DNA of 64,000 nucleotides from Camelus dromedarius. Taxonomy: Eukaryota. Every line of letters begins with the position of its first letter. The stretch's first letter is position 1. The stretch is from contig NC_087437.1 of the NCBI RefSeq assembly GCF_036321535.1, positions 121,770,001-121,834,000 on the forward strand. The letters run 5' to 3'. Made by a program: the position numbers and the translations under genes. Below are positions 34,701 through 47,100 of this stretch, one piece after another. The notes under the pieces are model-generated. The model saw only the letters and a list, made by a program, of their open reading frames with translations. It had not been told where the DNA came from and made no database searches.

Positions 34701-37700
34701 GTCCCCACCAGTCTCCAGGTCTGAACACCTGCCCCGTTCTCACCCGTGAGGATGGAGGGACAGGGACATGCATAGCTCTGCACAAGGGAAGGTCAGCGAG
34801 ATGACCCTTCCTTCTGGTGCCGCCAGTATTTCTAACTACAAACAAACTTCTGGAGTTACCTTTTAACTGGGAAACTAAACCAGCCAGAGAAAAATCAATC
34901 TACTGCTGTCAACCTGACCCGATGTGTCCAGAAGCAGCCACGTGGCGAGGGCCAGGGACAGGAGGCAAGGAAGCCCAGACCGTGGGGAAGAGCTCTCCAG
35001 ACCCTCCCCAGCCTTGGGCCTCTCGGATCCCCAGGGCCCAGAGCCCAGACAACTGGGGGCCCCAGGGAAGGGAGGCCCCTGGTGTGCCGGACAGCTGCCA
35101 GGCCAGGCCCCACCGGCCAGGGCACTGTCTCCCCTGTGAAGGAGACTCCAACCCACCGTCCCTGGACAGCAGGGCCGTGCCCTCAGGACAGCCCCTGCCC
35201 CACAGGCGCAGCTGCACACGCAACCGTGGCCCGAGCCCACATGGCCACGGGGGGCTCTGCCCACCCTGCTTGGTTGGACAGTCCCCAGTTCCAGCCTGGG
35301 GACTGGGGACGGTGAGCCCGGAGAAGCAGAGCCAGGACTGACCTGCCTGCCTGCGTGGACGGAGGGCCAGAGGCTGCGATGCTTTTCCCTGAAAGGCACC
35401 TCTAAACCCTGCCCCGGGAGCCGGCTCCAAGCAAGAGGGTCTCTCCTGCTCAGAACTCCCCTTCTGGCCAGCTTTGGGGTCATCAAGGCAGGGACGACTT
35501 GGCACCCTTGGACAGAGGCCAGGACTTCTCCACAAGGTCAACTGAGCCCCTGTGAGGCCCAGGCTCCCAGCAGAGGAGGCCGCGCCCACAGCGGAGGGCG
35601 GGGCAGCATGGCCCCTGGGGAGCCCGGGCCCGGCCCTGCCGTGGGCCTGTCCGCTGGCAAATTCCAGCGCACTCCGAGAGGTCCTGCCTTGGCTGGAGCC
35701 ACCTGGAGTCACACAGTGAGTGCCCCCCAGTATCACGGCAGACAGGAATTCTCAAACTCTCTCCAGAAGGCACAGAACCTGCCCAGGGTCAGACGAAGGG
35801 CCTGGAAAGGGGCCACACACATCAACGCCAGCCTCGCCAGCTCCACCCTCGCCGGCCCTCCACAGAGGAGACAAACGGCAGTCACGAGCACCAGGGCCCG
35901 TCCCAGGCAGAGGCCTGGCATGAGGACAAGGGCTGGGGCAGCACGGCGGGATGCCAGCCCGTGTGGGGGACACCCAGGGCCAGTGAGCGTGCCTGCCGAG
36001 GGACCTGCCCTGGGCCAGCCTCGGAGGCCCCAGCGTCCTAACTGAACTCGACCATGTCCTGCCTGGACCCAGGCAGCAGCCGCACAGGCCGGCACTGCAG
36101 CAGCCAGATTGTGGCCCCTGCCCCTGACCTTTCCCTCCCTGCTTGGGGCTTCTCCCTTCCTGCTCCTGCTCCCACTCAGGCCAGAGGGTCCAGCTGGAGA
36201 TGCCCATACTGCAGCAGATCTGTGGTCTGGGTGCCGGGGAGAGGCAACACCACTGGCTGTGTGGGCCCCTAGAGGCCAGGCCAGGACATCCCCCCAGAGG
36301 CTGCCCTCCTGGAGGAAGTGAGCCCGACACTGGGGCTCACCTGAGAGTGGACTGGGAGGCCCAGGCCCCGCTTGTCCGAGACGATGAGGGTGATGATCGT
36401 CTTGAGAACAGTGGCGAGGAATGTGTTGACTCCGAAGACCAGCGCACGGAGCTCTTGAGAAAGAGAAGACGCGATCTGAAAACTGAACAGGAAGAGCAGG
36501 CCGTGGTCAGGGGTCCAGCCCAGTGAGGGGCAAGGCCGACCTCAGGCGCAGAGGAACCCAGCTCGGAGAGAAACTCCCAAGCCGCCAGTGGCTGCGAGAA
36601 CTGCCGTGTGGTCCAGTGATCAGCCAGCCTGCTGAGGCTGCGGGTGACTGGTTAGATCAGCTGGGCACCTCTCCCACAACAACTCATAAACCAAGTCCAA
36701 AATGCAACCTTGGGAAGATGGGTAAAGTCCCCTAGTAACTGTGGGACGGAGTAAATCATAATCACTATAGAGGTCTCAGAAAATCACCCTCGTGAGAGCA
36801 AGATACCAGCAGAACCACAGGCACAGACAGAGCACAAGGAAAATTCCTCAATCAAAGTCTTTTGTCGTTAAATGATTCAGTAAATTAGGGAAAGAACAAG
36901 AAAACAAAGAAGGAAAGCCAGAGGAATTAATATGCTCAGAGCTTCCAGTCCTCAGCAAAGAAATTAACATTTGAACGTACTTCGAATTAGAATCCCCAGA
37001 GTGCCTGAAAAAACAAACCGGACAACAAATGTTCTAAAGTTCTGAAGAAAAAACGAACAAAAATACCCAAGGAAGTCTTTAAAGAGAACGACCGAGGCCA
37101 AGGAGCTTCTGTTGGGGTGGAGAGGGCGGAGGTGGGGGGGGGGAAGAAATACACAAAAAGGCAGGATGAGGGTCACAGACAGACAAACAGACGGTGAGAA
37201 GAGAGCGGGTCAGGGGCCCCGACGACAGACTCACTGCCGGGAAGCCGGAGCCGGACCAGGTCCCGCCGGCACAGGCAGAACGCCACGCCACCCACACGTG
37301 GTTTCAGATGATGCTCCTCCAGCCCGGAAGTGGGACTGAGGGCACAGTAACTGGGTCACGTCTGTGACAGAAGCTCCTACCACATATGGAGATAAGCACA
37401 CTGCAGATAAACAGGGAAAAAAGGAATCTCAGCAGAAGAAGAACCCACAGGCACAAACTGGCCACGACACCAGCGGGGAGCCAGCCCTGCTGTCACTAAG
37501 GAAAGACGACTGGCCCCGGCCACCCTCCGACACCCGCCGGGGCTGCGCACTGGCCGGGCGGGCACCTGCGACATCTCTGCCACCCTCCTTCTAAAGCGCA
37601 TGCACTTTGACCTCACCAATACCTGCTAGGACCCGCCTGAGGCCATTATCAGAATTTGGGAAGGAAAATGTAGGTGAGAGGAAGTGGCTTCAGTGTCGTC

Positions 37701-40700
37701 TGTCCTAGGAAACTATCAGGGCAGGTCCATCACCAAGAGGCCCGACTACGCACGCACTCCGGACGGAGCCACGCGGCTACGTGCGGGGCAGGGGTGCAGA
37801 GCGACCCCCGCGTGTCAGCGTGAGGACCCGGGTCTGAGGAGGACGCGTCGTCTTTATGCCTTTCTGTGTCCCATTTGATCTTTTCTGTGTCCTACTTGAC
37901 CTTTCCTGCGTTGTCTGATCTTTCCACCACGCACACCTACGGTGCTTACAGTTAACAGGAGTCAGGACACTAGGTGGTCCTGAGAGAAGGGAGTGGAACA
38001 CCTGGGGCCCTGGCGCCCCTCCCACAAGGCTGACGGTGACAGGAGAGGGGAGTGCGTGACCAAAGGAAGTGCTTTCCAGGACATTCACAGGCTGAGAAAG
38101 CCGGGGGGAAGGGTGGACAGGAGGGGAGGATGGAAGGCCAGGCCACACAAGGGAGTCAGGCCACCTGCCAGGTGCTGGCAGTGTGAGCGTGTGTGCTGTG
38201 TAAAAGACTGCACGTGAACACGTGAGAGATAAACACACGCGTGTGGTGTGAACACGTGAAGCACGCGTGTGCAGCTGTCTGAGAGGTCTGGTTCAGGGAG
38301 TCACACAGAGAGCAGGGAGTCAGCTGGACGTGGGCTGAGAAAGGTTCTGGAAGGCATAGGCAGGTCAGCGGGCAGCTCTTGGGACGTCCCTGGGCGGGTG
38401 CAGGACTGCCCCCAGGGGCATGAGGAACGCAAGGGCATCAGGGGAAGAGCTGCCCTGGGCAGAAGGCCAGCTGGGTCACCCAGTCACTCCTGGGCATGAG
38501 CCACCGTGCCCAGAGTGGGAGTGGACAGGCTCAAAATGGCCACAGGGCTACCTGAGATGGGAACTCAGACGCAGGGCCCGGAGGCTGGGAGGAAGGGCTT
38601 CCCGAAGTCTGGTCCCTGTGGACAGTGAGTGGCTCGGGGGGAGAACAGGGGACATCCACATGGACCGGGCTCCTTGCCTAGCCATGAGGTTACAGTGGCT
38701 GGGACAGGAGGTGCTGTGGACAAGTGGCTCCCTGGCTAAGGGCGCCCAGGGTTCATGCTCCTCCCGGCTGACTGGGACCACGCCCAGACGCCGCTCCACG
38801 CTGCCCAGCACACGCTCCTGCTGCTCCCCCGGAACCTTCTGGAAGGAGGCCTCTCGATACACACAGCACACGACCTCTATCTGCTCGACTCGGCCAGGCC
38901 CCAGGCCCTCGCACGGCCACCCGCATGGCCGCCCGCACACCCAACTCACGTGGCGATGGGCACCAGGAACTGGTAGGAGCCGCGGAAGAGCACGAAGGCC
39001 ATGTAGCACAGCCAGATGCTGTCCGTCCTGTACATGAGGAAGACCAGCCCGGCCTGCACCACAGTCACCGCCGCGATGACCAGCTTCGCCCACACCGCCC
39101 AGCGGATCTTCACGAAGCCCGCCGCAAAGGAGGTGATGGCACCTGTGCGGGGAGACGAGCGCGTCACGGCCGGCCTCGGGGGCGGCGGGGCGGGCGGGGC
39201 GGGTGGGCGTACCGAGCAGAGTGGAGGCGGCATCAGCCCCGCCGTTGTAGACCCTTGTGGAGTCCATGGTGGGGTTGACCACGTTCCACAGGATGTGCAC
39301 GTAGTAGACAATGAGGTAGTAGCCGGTGGAGTTGAAGACCCACCAGAGGGACCAGAGGCGCAGCTGCGGCAACCGCAGGTTGTGGCCCAGCTCCCGGAGC
39401 ACACGAGCGAGGGCCAAGTCCCGCCAGGCCGCAGCCGGCCCGGGCCTGCCGCCCGTGGGCTGGCCGGGGCCCGGGTTCATCTGGTCCAGCTCGGAGGGCG
39501 AGGCCCCGGCGGGCGCGCTGCGGTTGAAGAAGAGGCTGCGCTTGGGGCGTCTCAGGAAGAGCGCAAGGACCAGGCTGAAGGTGAGGAAGGCCAGCGAGAC
39601 GTAGTTGAGCGTGGAGAAGGGGACGCGGCCCACAGTGACCAGCAGCTGGCCCAGCACGGAGCTGGTGAAGACACCGAGCAGCACCGCGGCCCGCGAGTAG
39701 CCGGCCACGCGCTGGTAGTGGGCGGGGGGCACGAGCGAGAAGACGTAGGAGGAGTAGGCAATGCGGGCGGCCATGGTGACGCTGAAGAAGAGCTCCATGA
39801 GCTGCATGTGCAGCACAGACGAGCCGAACAGCAGGAGGAGCCACACGGACACGTAGCTCAGGCCCTGCAGCAGCAGCACCGGCTTGTAGCGCAGGTAGTC
39901 GGTCAGCAGGAAGACGGGCACCAGCACAGCCAGGTAGGAGTACGACAGTACCGGCGTGATCTCGTTGGTGACCTGCGTGGCACGGAGGCTCGTGACCCCG
40001 CCCTGCCGCTCCGGGCACCTGCCACGTGAGAGCTCCGCCCACACCCCACTGCCCCCTGTTCCCTGCACGCAGCCCCCTGCCAGAACTACACCACGGGAGC
40101 CAGCCTCTGAAAATGTGCAGCCCCTTCAGGCCGTCCAGGGCAGCCAGGGAAAAGCCTGACCCCCAAACCACGCTCTGCCCTGAACCCACCCCCATGGGCA
40201 TGCTTCTCACACAGCAGCTCAGTACTGACACCTGCAGACTCCCACTGTAAACCACGCAGAGTGAGGACACAATTGCCTACAGAGAGCTTGCAATTACCCT
40301 GCGAATCATTGATAATTACGTGTTATCGTGCGAATCCAGGCTTAGCTGTCTTAATGAGACAAAAACATGACGTGATCTCACCTAACGACATGAGTCTAAC
40401 AGCAAGGAAAACAGAGTCATAACCAAGTCGCGCTCACACTGACACGGCCGCCTCGGTCACGGGAGGAGAGGCAAAAGCGAGGGGCAGTGAAGAGGCCAGG
40501 AATACAAAGGGTGAGTTCACGGGACGGGTCATGCAGAACACGCAGGAGGGGAAGGAATGACAGAGGAAAAGAGGGCAGAGGACGGGAAGGGACGGCACAG
40601 GGGACAATTGGGAGAAGGGCCCCACAGCCGCCCCACACTGGCCACACAGCAGGCAGGGCTGGGCCCTTGCCCCCACCTCATCAGGCAAACTAGGACACAC

Positions 40701-43700
40701 GTCCTGATGGGGCCAGGACTCCTGGCTTCGCCAGGGGGGCTGCCCACAGCCTCGACCATTCAGTTCTCCACACAGACGGAGCCAGCCTAGCAGGACACTC
40801 CCTCCTGGGCATGCAGGGCAGGGGCACAGCCAGACACGCTCAGGGCGAGAGCCAGATGTCCCCCTGGTGGCCTGGGAAGGACCACCCCAGGCCCACTCTG
40901 CAAGCAGCAGTACCAGCTCAGGAGAGGCACAGTTCTCGGCCTCGCCCCATTTCTAGGGGATGGACATTGAAGGTGCCCTGTGCTCAGAGCTCCTCCCGAG
41001 GCCCTGGGGGGTCCACCTACCTTTCCTAACCCCACCTGACCCTGCCCTGATCCCCGGGGTAGCATCAGGTGAGCCCTGGGCCTCCCTGGGCTCTCAGAGG
41101 CTTCGGCCTCCCTCGGGTCCCACCTGACAGCCTGCAGGGCTGCAAGGCAGCCTGCCCTCCTGCCCAGGCCCTCTGCCAGGTGGCCTCCTGACCCACAGGC
41201 CCACCAGGAGGCAGGGCTGACCTGAAAGGCTGCGGCCCCCAGAACACTGAGCACTAAAGGCCCCCAGGACATCCGGCACAGCCTCGGGGCAGGTCCATGG
41301 GGTTCGCGGGAAGCTGACTGCTCAGCTCTGGTCCCAGAGCCTCGGGGCCAGCTGCAGGGCTGGACCCTGTTTATGGAAAATTCCAGGAACATCAGACAAC
41401 CCCTCAGTTGGTGAGACCTCTTGGCAGATGGCTTGCTCAGCTGCAAGGTTTCGGGGTCGGCACCATGGGGTCAGTGCCGCGGGAGGCCAGCCAGTTTTCC
41501 TCCTCCGCCTCCCCACTCCCTCCTCTGCATTCCTTGATCTGCTTTCCCGGGGCTGGCTGCCTCGGGCCAGGCGGAAGTCTGATCCACATCACGCTTGTGG
41601 GACTTGCTGGGAGCACGGTGCCCATGAAGACCCTGGGGAACGCGGCGTCTGTCAAGTGGCACAAGGCTGGCCTCCCACTGGCTCCGCCCTGCATCACTGG
41701 GCCACGGTCCCAACACCGCTGTTTGGACAGGTCGGGTCGGGCTGACAGGCAGAAGTCAGGAGCAGTGCCAAGATCGGGGCCCAGGCGGCCTCAGTCAGGA
41801 GGCTCGGCAGGGGCACACGGCAGCCAGGACGAGTTGGGGTGGGGCTCAGGGCAGGAGGAGGGGTGCCGGGGGTTCTGAGGGGAGCAGGCAGGGCCAGGGC
41901 ACAGGATCCAAATTCCAAGAGGAGCGGTGTCCACGAGCCAACACCTGGGGGCACCTAGAGGGGCGCTGCATCCTGCCTGACAAGTGAGCAAGCCAGGACA
42001 GGGCTGCCACGAGGATACCCCATGGTCCCACCAGAGATGGGGGGAGGGTCAGCCGCGGGCCAGAAAGGAATGGAAGGGCCACTGTGGAGGCGGGCCCATG
42101 GGGCTGGGGAGTCCACCCAGCAGCTTGGATGCAGACGCATCACAGGTCCAAAGGAGCAACAGCAAGCCTGGGACCCTCCGGGAGGTGCTTCGTGAAGCTG
42201 GGGAGGCCAAGGCTCCGCACAAACCAGAAGTAAACTCTGGCTGAATTAAAACACAAAGCTGCAGCAAAGGGGTCTCCTGACGCAAAGTGAGGGGACTGGT
42301 GCAGACCAGAGGCAGCCGCACACGTGCAGTCCGACCCCGCCAGTGCCAGGAGCCCCACAGGGAGAGGGGAGGCCGGTGGAGGCCACGCACCAGAGGCAGC
42401 CGGGAACGCGGGACCGGGGCAGAAGTCAAGGAGACGCAGCTCCTCCAGTGGCCAGAGACCATTCTGCTGCCCATCAGGTGGGCACCAGTCCAACAGCGCC
42501 TCGCCACGCTGGCGCGAGGGAGTCAGAAGCCGGGCGCCCGCCACAGAGGCAGCAAGGCTCGACCTGGGGACCACAGGGCAGCAACGTGCAGCGGCGCTGC
42601 CCGGGGAGGACGAGCTGGAGGCCCCTGGGGACCCTGGAACAGGGTGGGCCCCTTGGGGTTTGATGCCACCAGGCCAGAGTCAGGCGGGACCTGCCCGAAC
42701 CCGTGTGGGTGAGGTGGCAGCGGTGGCCCGGACCCACCAGGCCCCCCCCCGGACCGGCCTCGGACGCCCCTACGGTCACGTCCGAAGCCTGGTGGGCAGC
42801 TTAATTTCTGAAACCTACTACCTGATTAGCTAACGTGTGACCTGAGACGGCAGGAAGGCAGGATTCGTCGCTCTTTTGCTTTAGAGATTTCCCGTATTAT
42901 TTTATTAGAGCGCCACCCTCGGGCTCACTCCTAAGTAGTCACAGTGGTGGGATGACAGCCCCTTTAAGGACAGAGCACTTTTCCAGGGACACAGGCTGTC
43001 TGGTGAGCCAGGGTGTGAGGGACGGTGGCTCCAAGGAGGAGGCCAGGGCCTGGGGGGCACAGGAGGCAACCCGAGGGCCCTGCCTGTCCCAGCTGATGGG
43101 CAGAGCCCCCCACCCGGGCTCACCTGGGAAGTGACCCCTCTGGCAGCTGTGCTGGCCGGGGGTGGCACGCACTCACACACGTGCAGCTGGGAGCCTGTTT
43201 CCCACGAGGGCGACTTAGAGGGGACAGGCCTCGTCTGCACGGCACCTCCATGTGACTTAATTCTGGGGTTGCTGAGGGCTGGGGGCTAAGCTCTTGCCAC
43301 GGAGACAGGCAGGGGCCCCCTGGAGAACTCAGGTGGCAGGTGGGCCCAGCAGGTGGGGTCCAGCGCCAGGACATGGGGTGTGGGGACCAGTGGCCACATG
43401 GGAGGGGACAGACAGAGCTGGGGGCGAGGGTGTGTGGCCCAGGGAGCAAACGGCACAGGCAGCCAGGGACCCCGCCATGGGGCGCGGGTGGGTCCTCAGG
43501 CAGGACAAGCAGGGTGGTGACCGGGACTCGGACCGGAGCCCTGACCGTGCGCTCCATCAACCACCAGCTGCTGAGTCCTGTTCTGTTTTATTTTATGGAG
43601 ACGGATCCCAGCGGGGACACCGCCTGAGCTGCTTCTGTTCTGCGTGCGACCTGAGACTCACGTCCTGCGTGGGCTTGTTAGTCAGGTCTCAGTGAGACCC

Positions 43701-44170
43701 TGTGTCCTTGCTGCTGAGCAGAAGGAAAATCCCTTCGGTAATCTCTCTGGGCAAATCGGCCTCTGCTGGGAGCAAGTGCCCGGCGGGCGGGCGGGGGCTT
43801 CTGGGCAGGCAGGCCAGCCCGTGGGGGGCACCACTCTTGCTCGTCCCTCAGAGCCCCACGGACTCCTCTGCTGGACCTGCCTTTGCTCTAAGCGGCCTGG
43901 GGTGAAGGTGACCATGGGGCTGGCGTGGAGCCCCAGCACCTGCAGCCTGCACGCCCCCCGCCCAGCGCGGCGCCCACGTGCCTGCTTCTGCGTGAAGTTC
44001 TTGTCAGGGCCCAGGAGGTAGGGCGTGATGAAGCTCTCCCCTGGCCGCATCTGAGCCATGAAGCCGTAGAAGCAGAGGTAGGACACCAGGCACCACCAGG
44101 ACTCTGGCTCGCGGCCCGGCCGGGGCTCTGCGGGGCCCTGCTTCTCCGCCTCCTGGCCCGAGAGCGCCAT
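28484..44170 (-). CDS. SLC19A1: Solute carrier family 19 member 1 (reduced folate carrier), complete CDS, 5 coding exons, 517 aa
   Basis: Exons of 189+760+193+142+270 nt = 1554 nt in frame; motifs LCFYGFMAQMRPGESFITPYLL, NFT sequon, VTNEITPVLSYSYL, MAARIAYSSY, WSLWWVFNS, FRGSYQFLVPIA, LVFGVNTF. Confidence 0.98.
32431..32730 (-). mobile_element. Internally deleted Tigger1-derived MITE
   Basis: gtctactaagtgtgcaataccattatgtctaaaaacaatg...ttgctaaaaaaagctaac joined to gttgccacaaatcttcaatttgtaaaaacgca: both ends of the recalled Tigger1 consensus with no transposase. Confidence 0.78.
32755..33100 (+). mobile_element. MLT1A-like ERVL-MaLR solo LTR
   Basis: aaatgaggtcataagggtggggcctgatcc...gactggtgtccct...caccttgacctctgacttccagcctcc...actgtcagagagtaaatg..ctgtt..agtc, hallmark MLT1 motifs. 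Confidence 0.85.
36341..36482 (-). CDS. SLC19A1: SLC19A1 coding exon 4 (T)FQIASSLSQELRALVFGVNTFLATVLKTIITLIVSDKRGLGLPVHSQ
   Basis: ttcag/ and /gtgagc; 142 nt. Confidence 0.96.
38950..39142 (-). CDS. SLC19A1: SLC19A1 coding exon 3 (G)AITSFAAGFVKIRW...FRGSYQFLVPIA(T)
   Basis: cacag/ and /gtgagt; 193 nt. Confidence 0.96.
39213..39972 (-). CDS. SLC19A1: SLC19A1 coding exon 2 VTNEITPV...ADAASTLL(G)
   Basis: cgcag/ and /gtacgc; 760 nt; several TM helices; CpG-rich. Confidence 0.97.
43982..44170 (-). CDS. SLC19A1: SLC19A1 first coding exon MALSGQEAEK...PDKNFTQKQ (exon starts at 44221 with 51 nt of 5' UTR)
   Basis: tctccag/ acceptor at 44222; ggcggcATGG Kozak context; 189 coding nt; donor is /GCacgt. 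Confidence 0.93.
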
Positions 44171-47100
44171 GCCGCCAGGCCCCCGGCGCGACACTGCGGG
44201 AGACGGGAGGGGACGCGGGACCTGGAGAGAAGAGGCAGAGTCAGCGGAGCTCAGCAAACAGCCCACAGCCGCCTCCCCCCACCCGCCTCCCCAGAAACTC
44301 CGCTGAAAGCTCCCCACCCACCGCCCGCCCTGTCATTCAATCTGGATCCAACATGCCAGAGGGCGAGAGGGCCCCCAGGCCCCAGACCCGTTCCCAGCCC
44401 GGGGCTTTTAACAGTCCAGGTGCCAGGTCCACACAGACCTGGCTGTCACCACCTCCAGGGGCTCCCCAGATGGCAGCCGCCAACCATGTGAGGCCAGAAA
44501 ATGTTACGTTACTAAAAACCAAACACAATCGAGATCCAGTTCCTTGGCAACACCTGACTCATTTCAAGTGCTCACAGCAGGGGCGAGGCTGCGGGGCTGC
44601 GCACACTGCCCTCCCCAGGTCTGTCAGCCTGCTCCGGTGCCCGGGGTCCCCGCGTCAGTGCCACAGCACAGGGCGCGTCCAAGTGCCGGACGCAGCAGCT
44701 GGAGAAGCCGTCGCCCCCGGGAAGGCCCAGAGGATGCGGCAGGAAGGGGCCCTGCGGGGACGCCTGGTGGGCACACTCCTGGTCACAGACCCAGGTCAGC
44801 ATTGGGGGCGGAGGCCTCCCAGGTCCACAGATGGAGAGCGAGACTTCACGCCAGCGTCTGACGACTTCAACACAGGCCCGGGCCTCAGTACAGGGAACTA
44901 TGGTCAGATGAGCAGGACCGCTTCCTCCTTCTGCACTCCCGTGTCTATTTCTATGACTCAGGGAAAACGGGTGTGGGGGGTTAACAACAGGAAAACCCAA
45001 GAAGCCGGGGCTGGTGGGTTTGTCCCTGAGGCTACAAGGAGAGGCAGGGTAGGCGTGAGGGGGCAACGGTGGCCCAGGAGTTACAGGGTCCTAGGACAGC
45101 CCCTGAGTCCTCACGGGCCAAGTGAAGCACCAGCCAGGTAGGGGCTGGAACCCGCCTCCCCCCGCACCCCCGGAGGGCACACAGGCCAAGCGGCTCCAGC
45201 AGAGACTCGGAAGTTTGCTTTCCTTGGCCTGTGTTTCTGAGCCCCTGGGAGCTTCAGAGACGGCTGGAGGGGCGTGGCCTCAGAGAAGGGTGCATACACG
45301 CCCCGCCCACCGTTCCAACCCCAGGACCCCCCCACGTTCACCCTGTGCTCCCAGGTGTGCTGCTCTCTGGACACCGGGAAACCCGCACTCACCAGCTGAG
45401 CACCCAGCACTCGGCTTGGGGTGAACAGCCAAGAACTTACCAAGCCCAGGGTCCCCAGAAGGGGGTCCCACCCTCCCTGTCCCCCAGGGGCCCAGGGGTC
45501 CCCTGCACTTGGCCCTGAAAGGTATCATCTCTGGGGCGATGGGAACTTCCCCTACCTGGTGCCCCCGAATCCCGGGGCAGCGGGAGCAGTCCCAGACCCC
45601 AGGGCCAGGCAAGCACACTGCCATCTTCATTGCTACGTCCTGGACTCTGACGGCTCCTGAACCCTGAGGTGGTGCTTCTGAGACAACAGTGACAGCCTGT
45701 CAGAAGCTTGTCTGAAGGTCTGGGGCACAGCCTGGGCGGACAGACTCTGCGCCCCAGCACGGCCCCAGGCACGCCCACACAGGCTGCCTCGGGCCTCCCG
45801 GCTGCTCAGTGATAGGCGCTCCACCTACTGGTATCTCCGGCCAGCACGCAGCCTGCCCCCACCAAGGCTCAGACGGGCCCCAGGATCCCCCAGGGTCACC
45901 ACCATGCAGTGGAGACCACCTCACTCCCCAGAAGCACGGATACGCAAGGAACCACCCCGGGCGAGGGCCAGGGAGCCCCGTACCAGCCGAGGAGCTCTGT
46001 AGTGTCTGCAGACGCCCAGGGAGCCAGGCAGGAGGTGGGGCTTCCCCTGGGGCACCCAAAGCCGGCTCCTCAGGTCAGCCTGCAAGCTGCACTCCCTCCC
46101 TCCCAGCCCATCTCAGGGCCAACCCCATCAAGCGCTGGACCTCACAGGCTGTCTGTCCAGTCCCATCCCTGCAACCTGACCATAAAGTGCTCAGTGTAGG
46201 AGCTCCCCACCTTCCTCCTGAGTCACAAGACAGCTGGAAGGAAGGAGGGCGCCCCCACCCCCAGCCTCCTGGCCGCCTCTGCTCTTGGATCACAGGATGC
46301 GAAGGGCCGAGGGCTCACCCAGGGCTCATGTGCACACGGGTCTCGCCTCTGGGCTGCAGCCTATTGGCTGGCGAGTCTCCCAGGCAGGCACACATGGGGA
46401 GCCCTCCACCCGCCATCTCTGTAAATGTTTGCTCAAGGAACCGCTGCCTCAGGATGGGCTCCAGGCAGAGGTCTCTGCAGGGAGGCAGCTCCCCCCAAGC
46501 CCTCAGGGGCAGGCACACCCACCAGGTGCATCGACTGCACCAGGAGGGACTGAAGCTCCCTCTGCTTCTTTCTCCCTCAGCCCGGCTGCCAGGGACCCAC
46601 TCTCCAAGGATGTGAGTGGAGATGCCCGCCCTGGTCAAAGGCAGCTGCCTGTCCTAGAGAACTTAGAGCCCCGTGTCCAGCCCAGTGACCCCCAGAGCCT
46701 CATCCTGCCCGGTGCCGGGGGGCAGAACAGCAGGGCGGACGCTGAGACGCTGAGAAGCACGGAAGGGGCCAGGCCCTCGAGGGGCTCCCTGCAGAAATGG
46801 CCCCTTTCATTCATTCCTGCTTCAAGTTTTTCCTGAGTGTTGTTTAAAAAAACCCTGTCCCTTCCACCCACAGGAGGCCCTCCTCTAAACTCAGGGGTGG
46901 GGTGGGGGCAGGGTCACGGTCCTAGGTCTCCCTCACCAGCTCCACCTGGCTCCCCGCCGATGAGGCCCCACTGCAGGGGCACCTGAGGCAGACCCCGGTC
47001 ACCCTCACGGGCTGAAAAGCCACCACCAGGCACCACATAAGAGAGAACAGTGGGGCTGGAGTGGCTGGCACTGTGGCCACAGCAGCGCCACCACGTGGAG

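Noticed and set aside
38548..40068. 506-aa ORF as a single-exon transporter gene
   Set aside because: It is the 760-nt SLC19A1 exon extended by intronic read-through; homology stops at the splice sites
41375..41389. Overlapping NF-kB-like (GGAAAATTCC) and GAS (TTCCAGGAA) motifs in an SLC19A1 intron; another TTCCAGGAA at 50828
   Set aside because: Short motifs expected by chance in 64 kb; no conservation or chromatin evidence available
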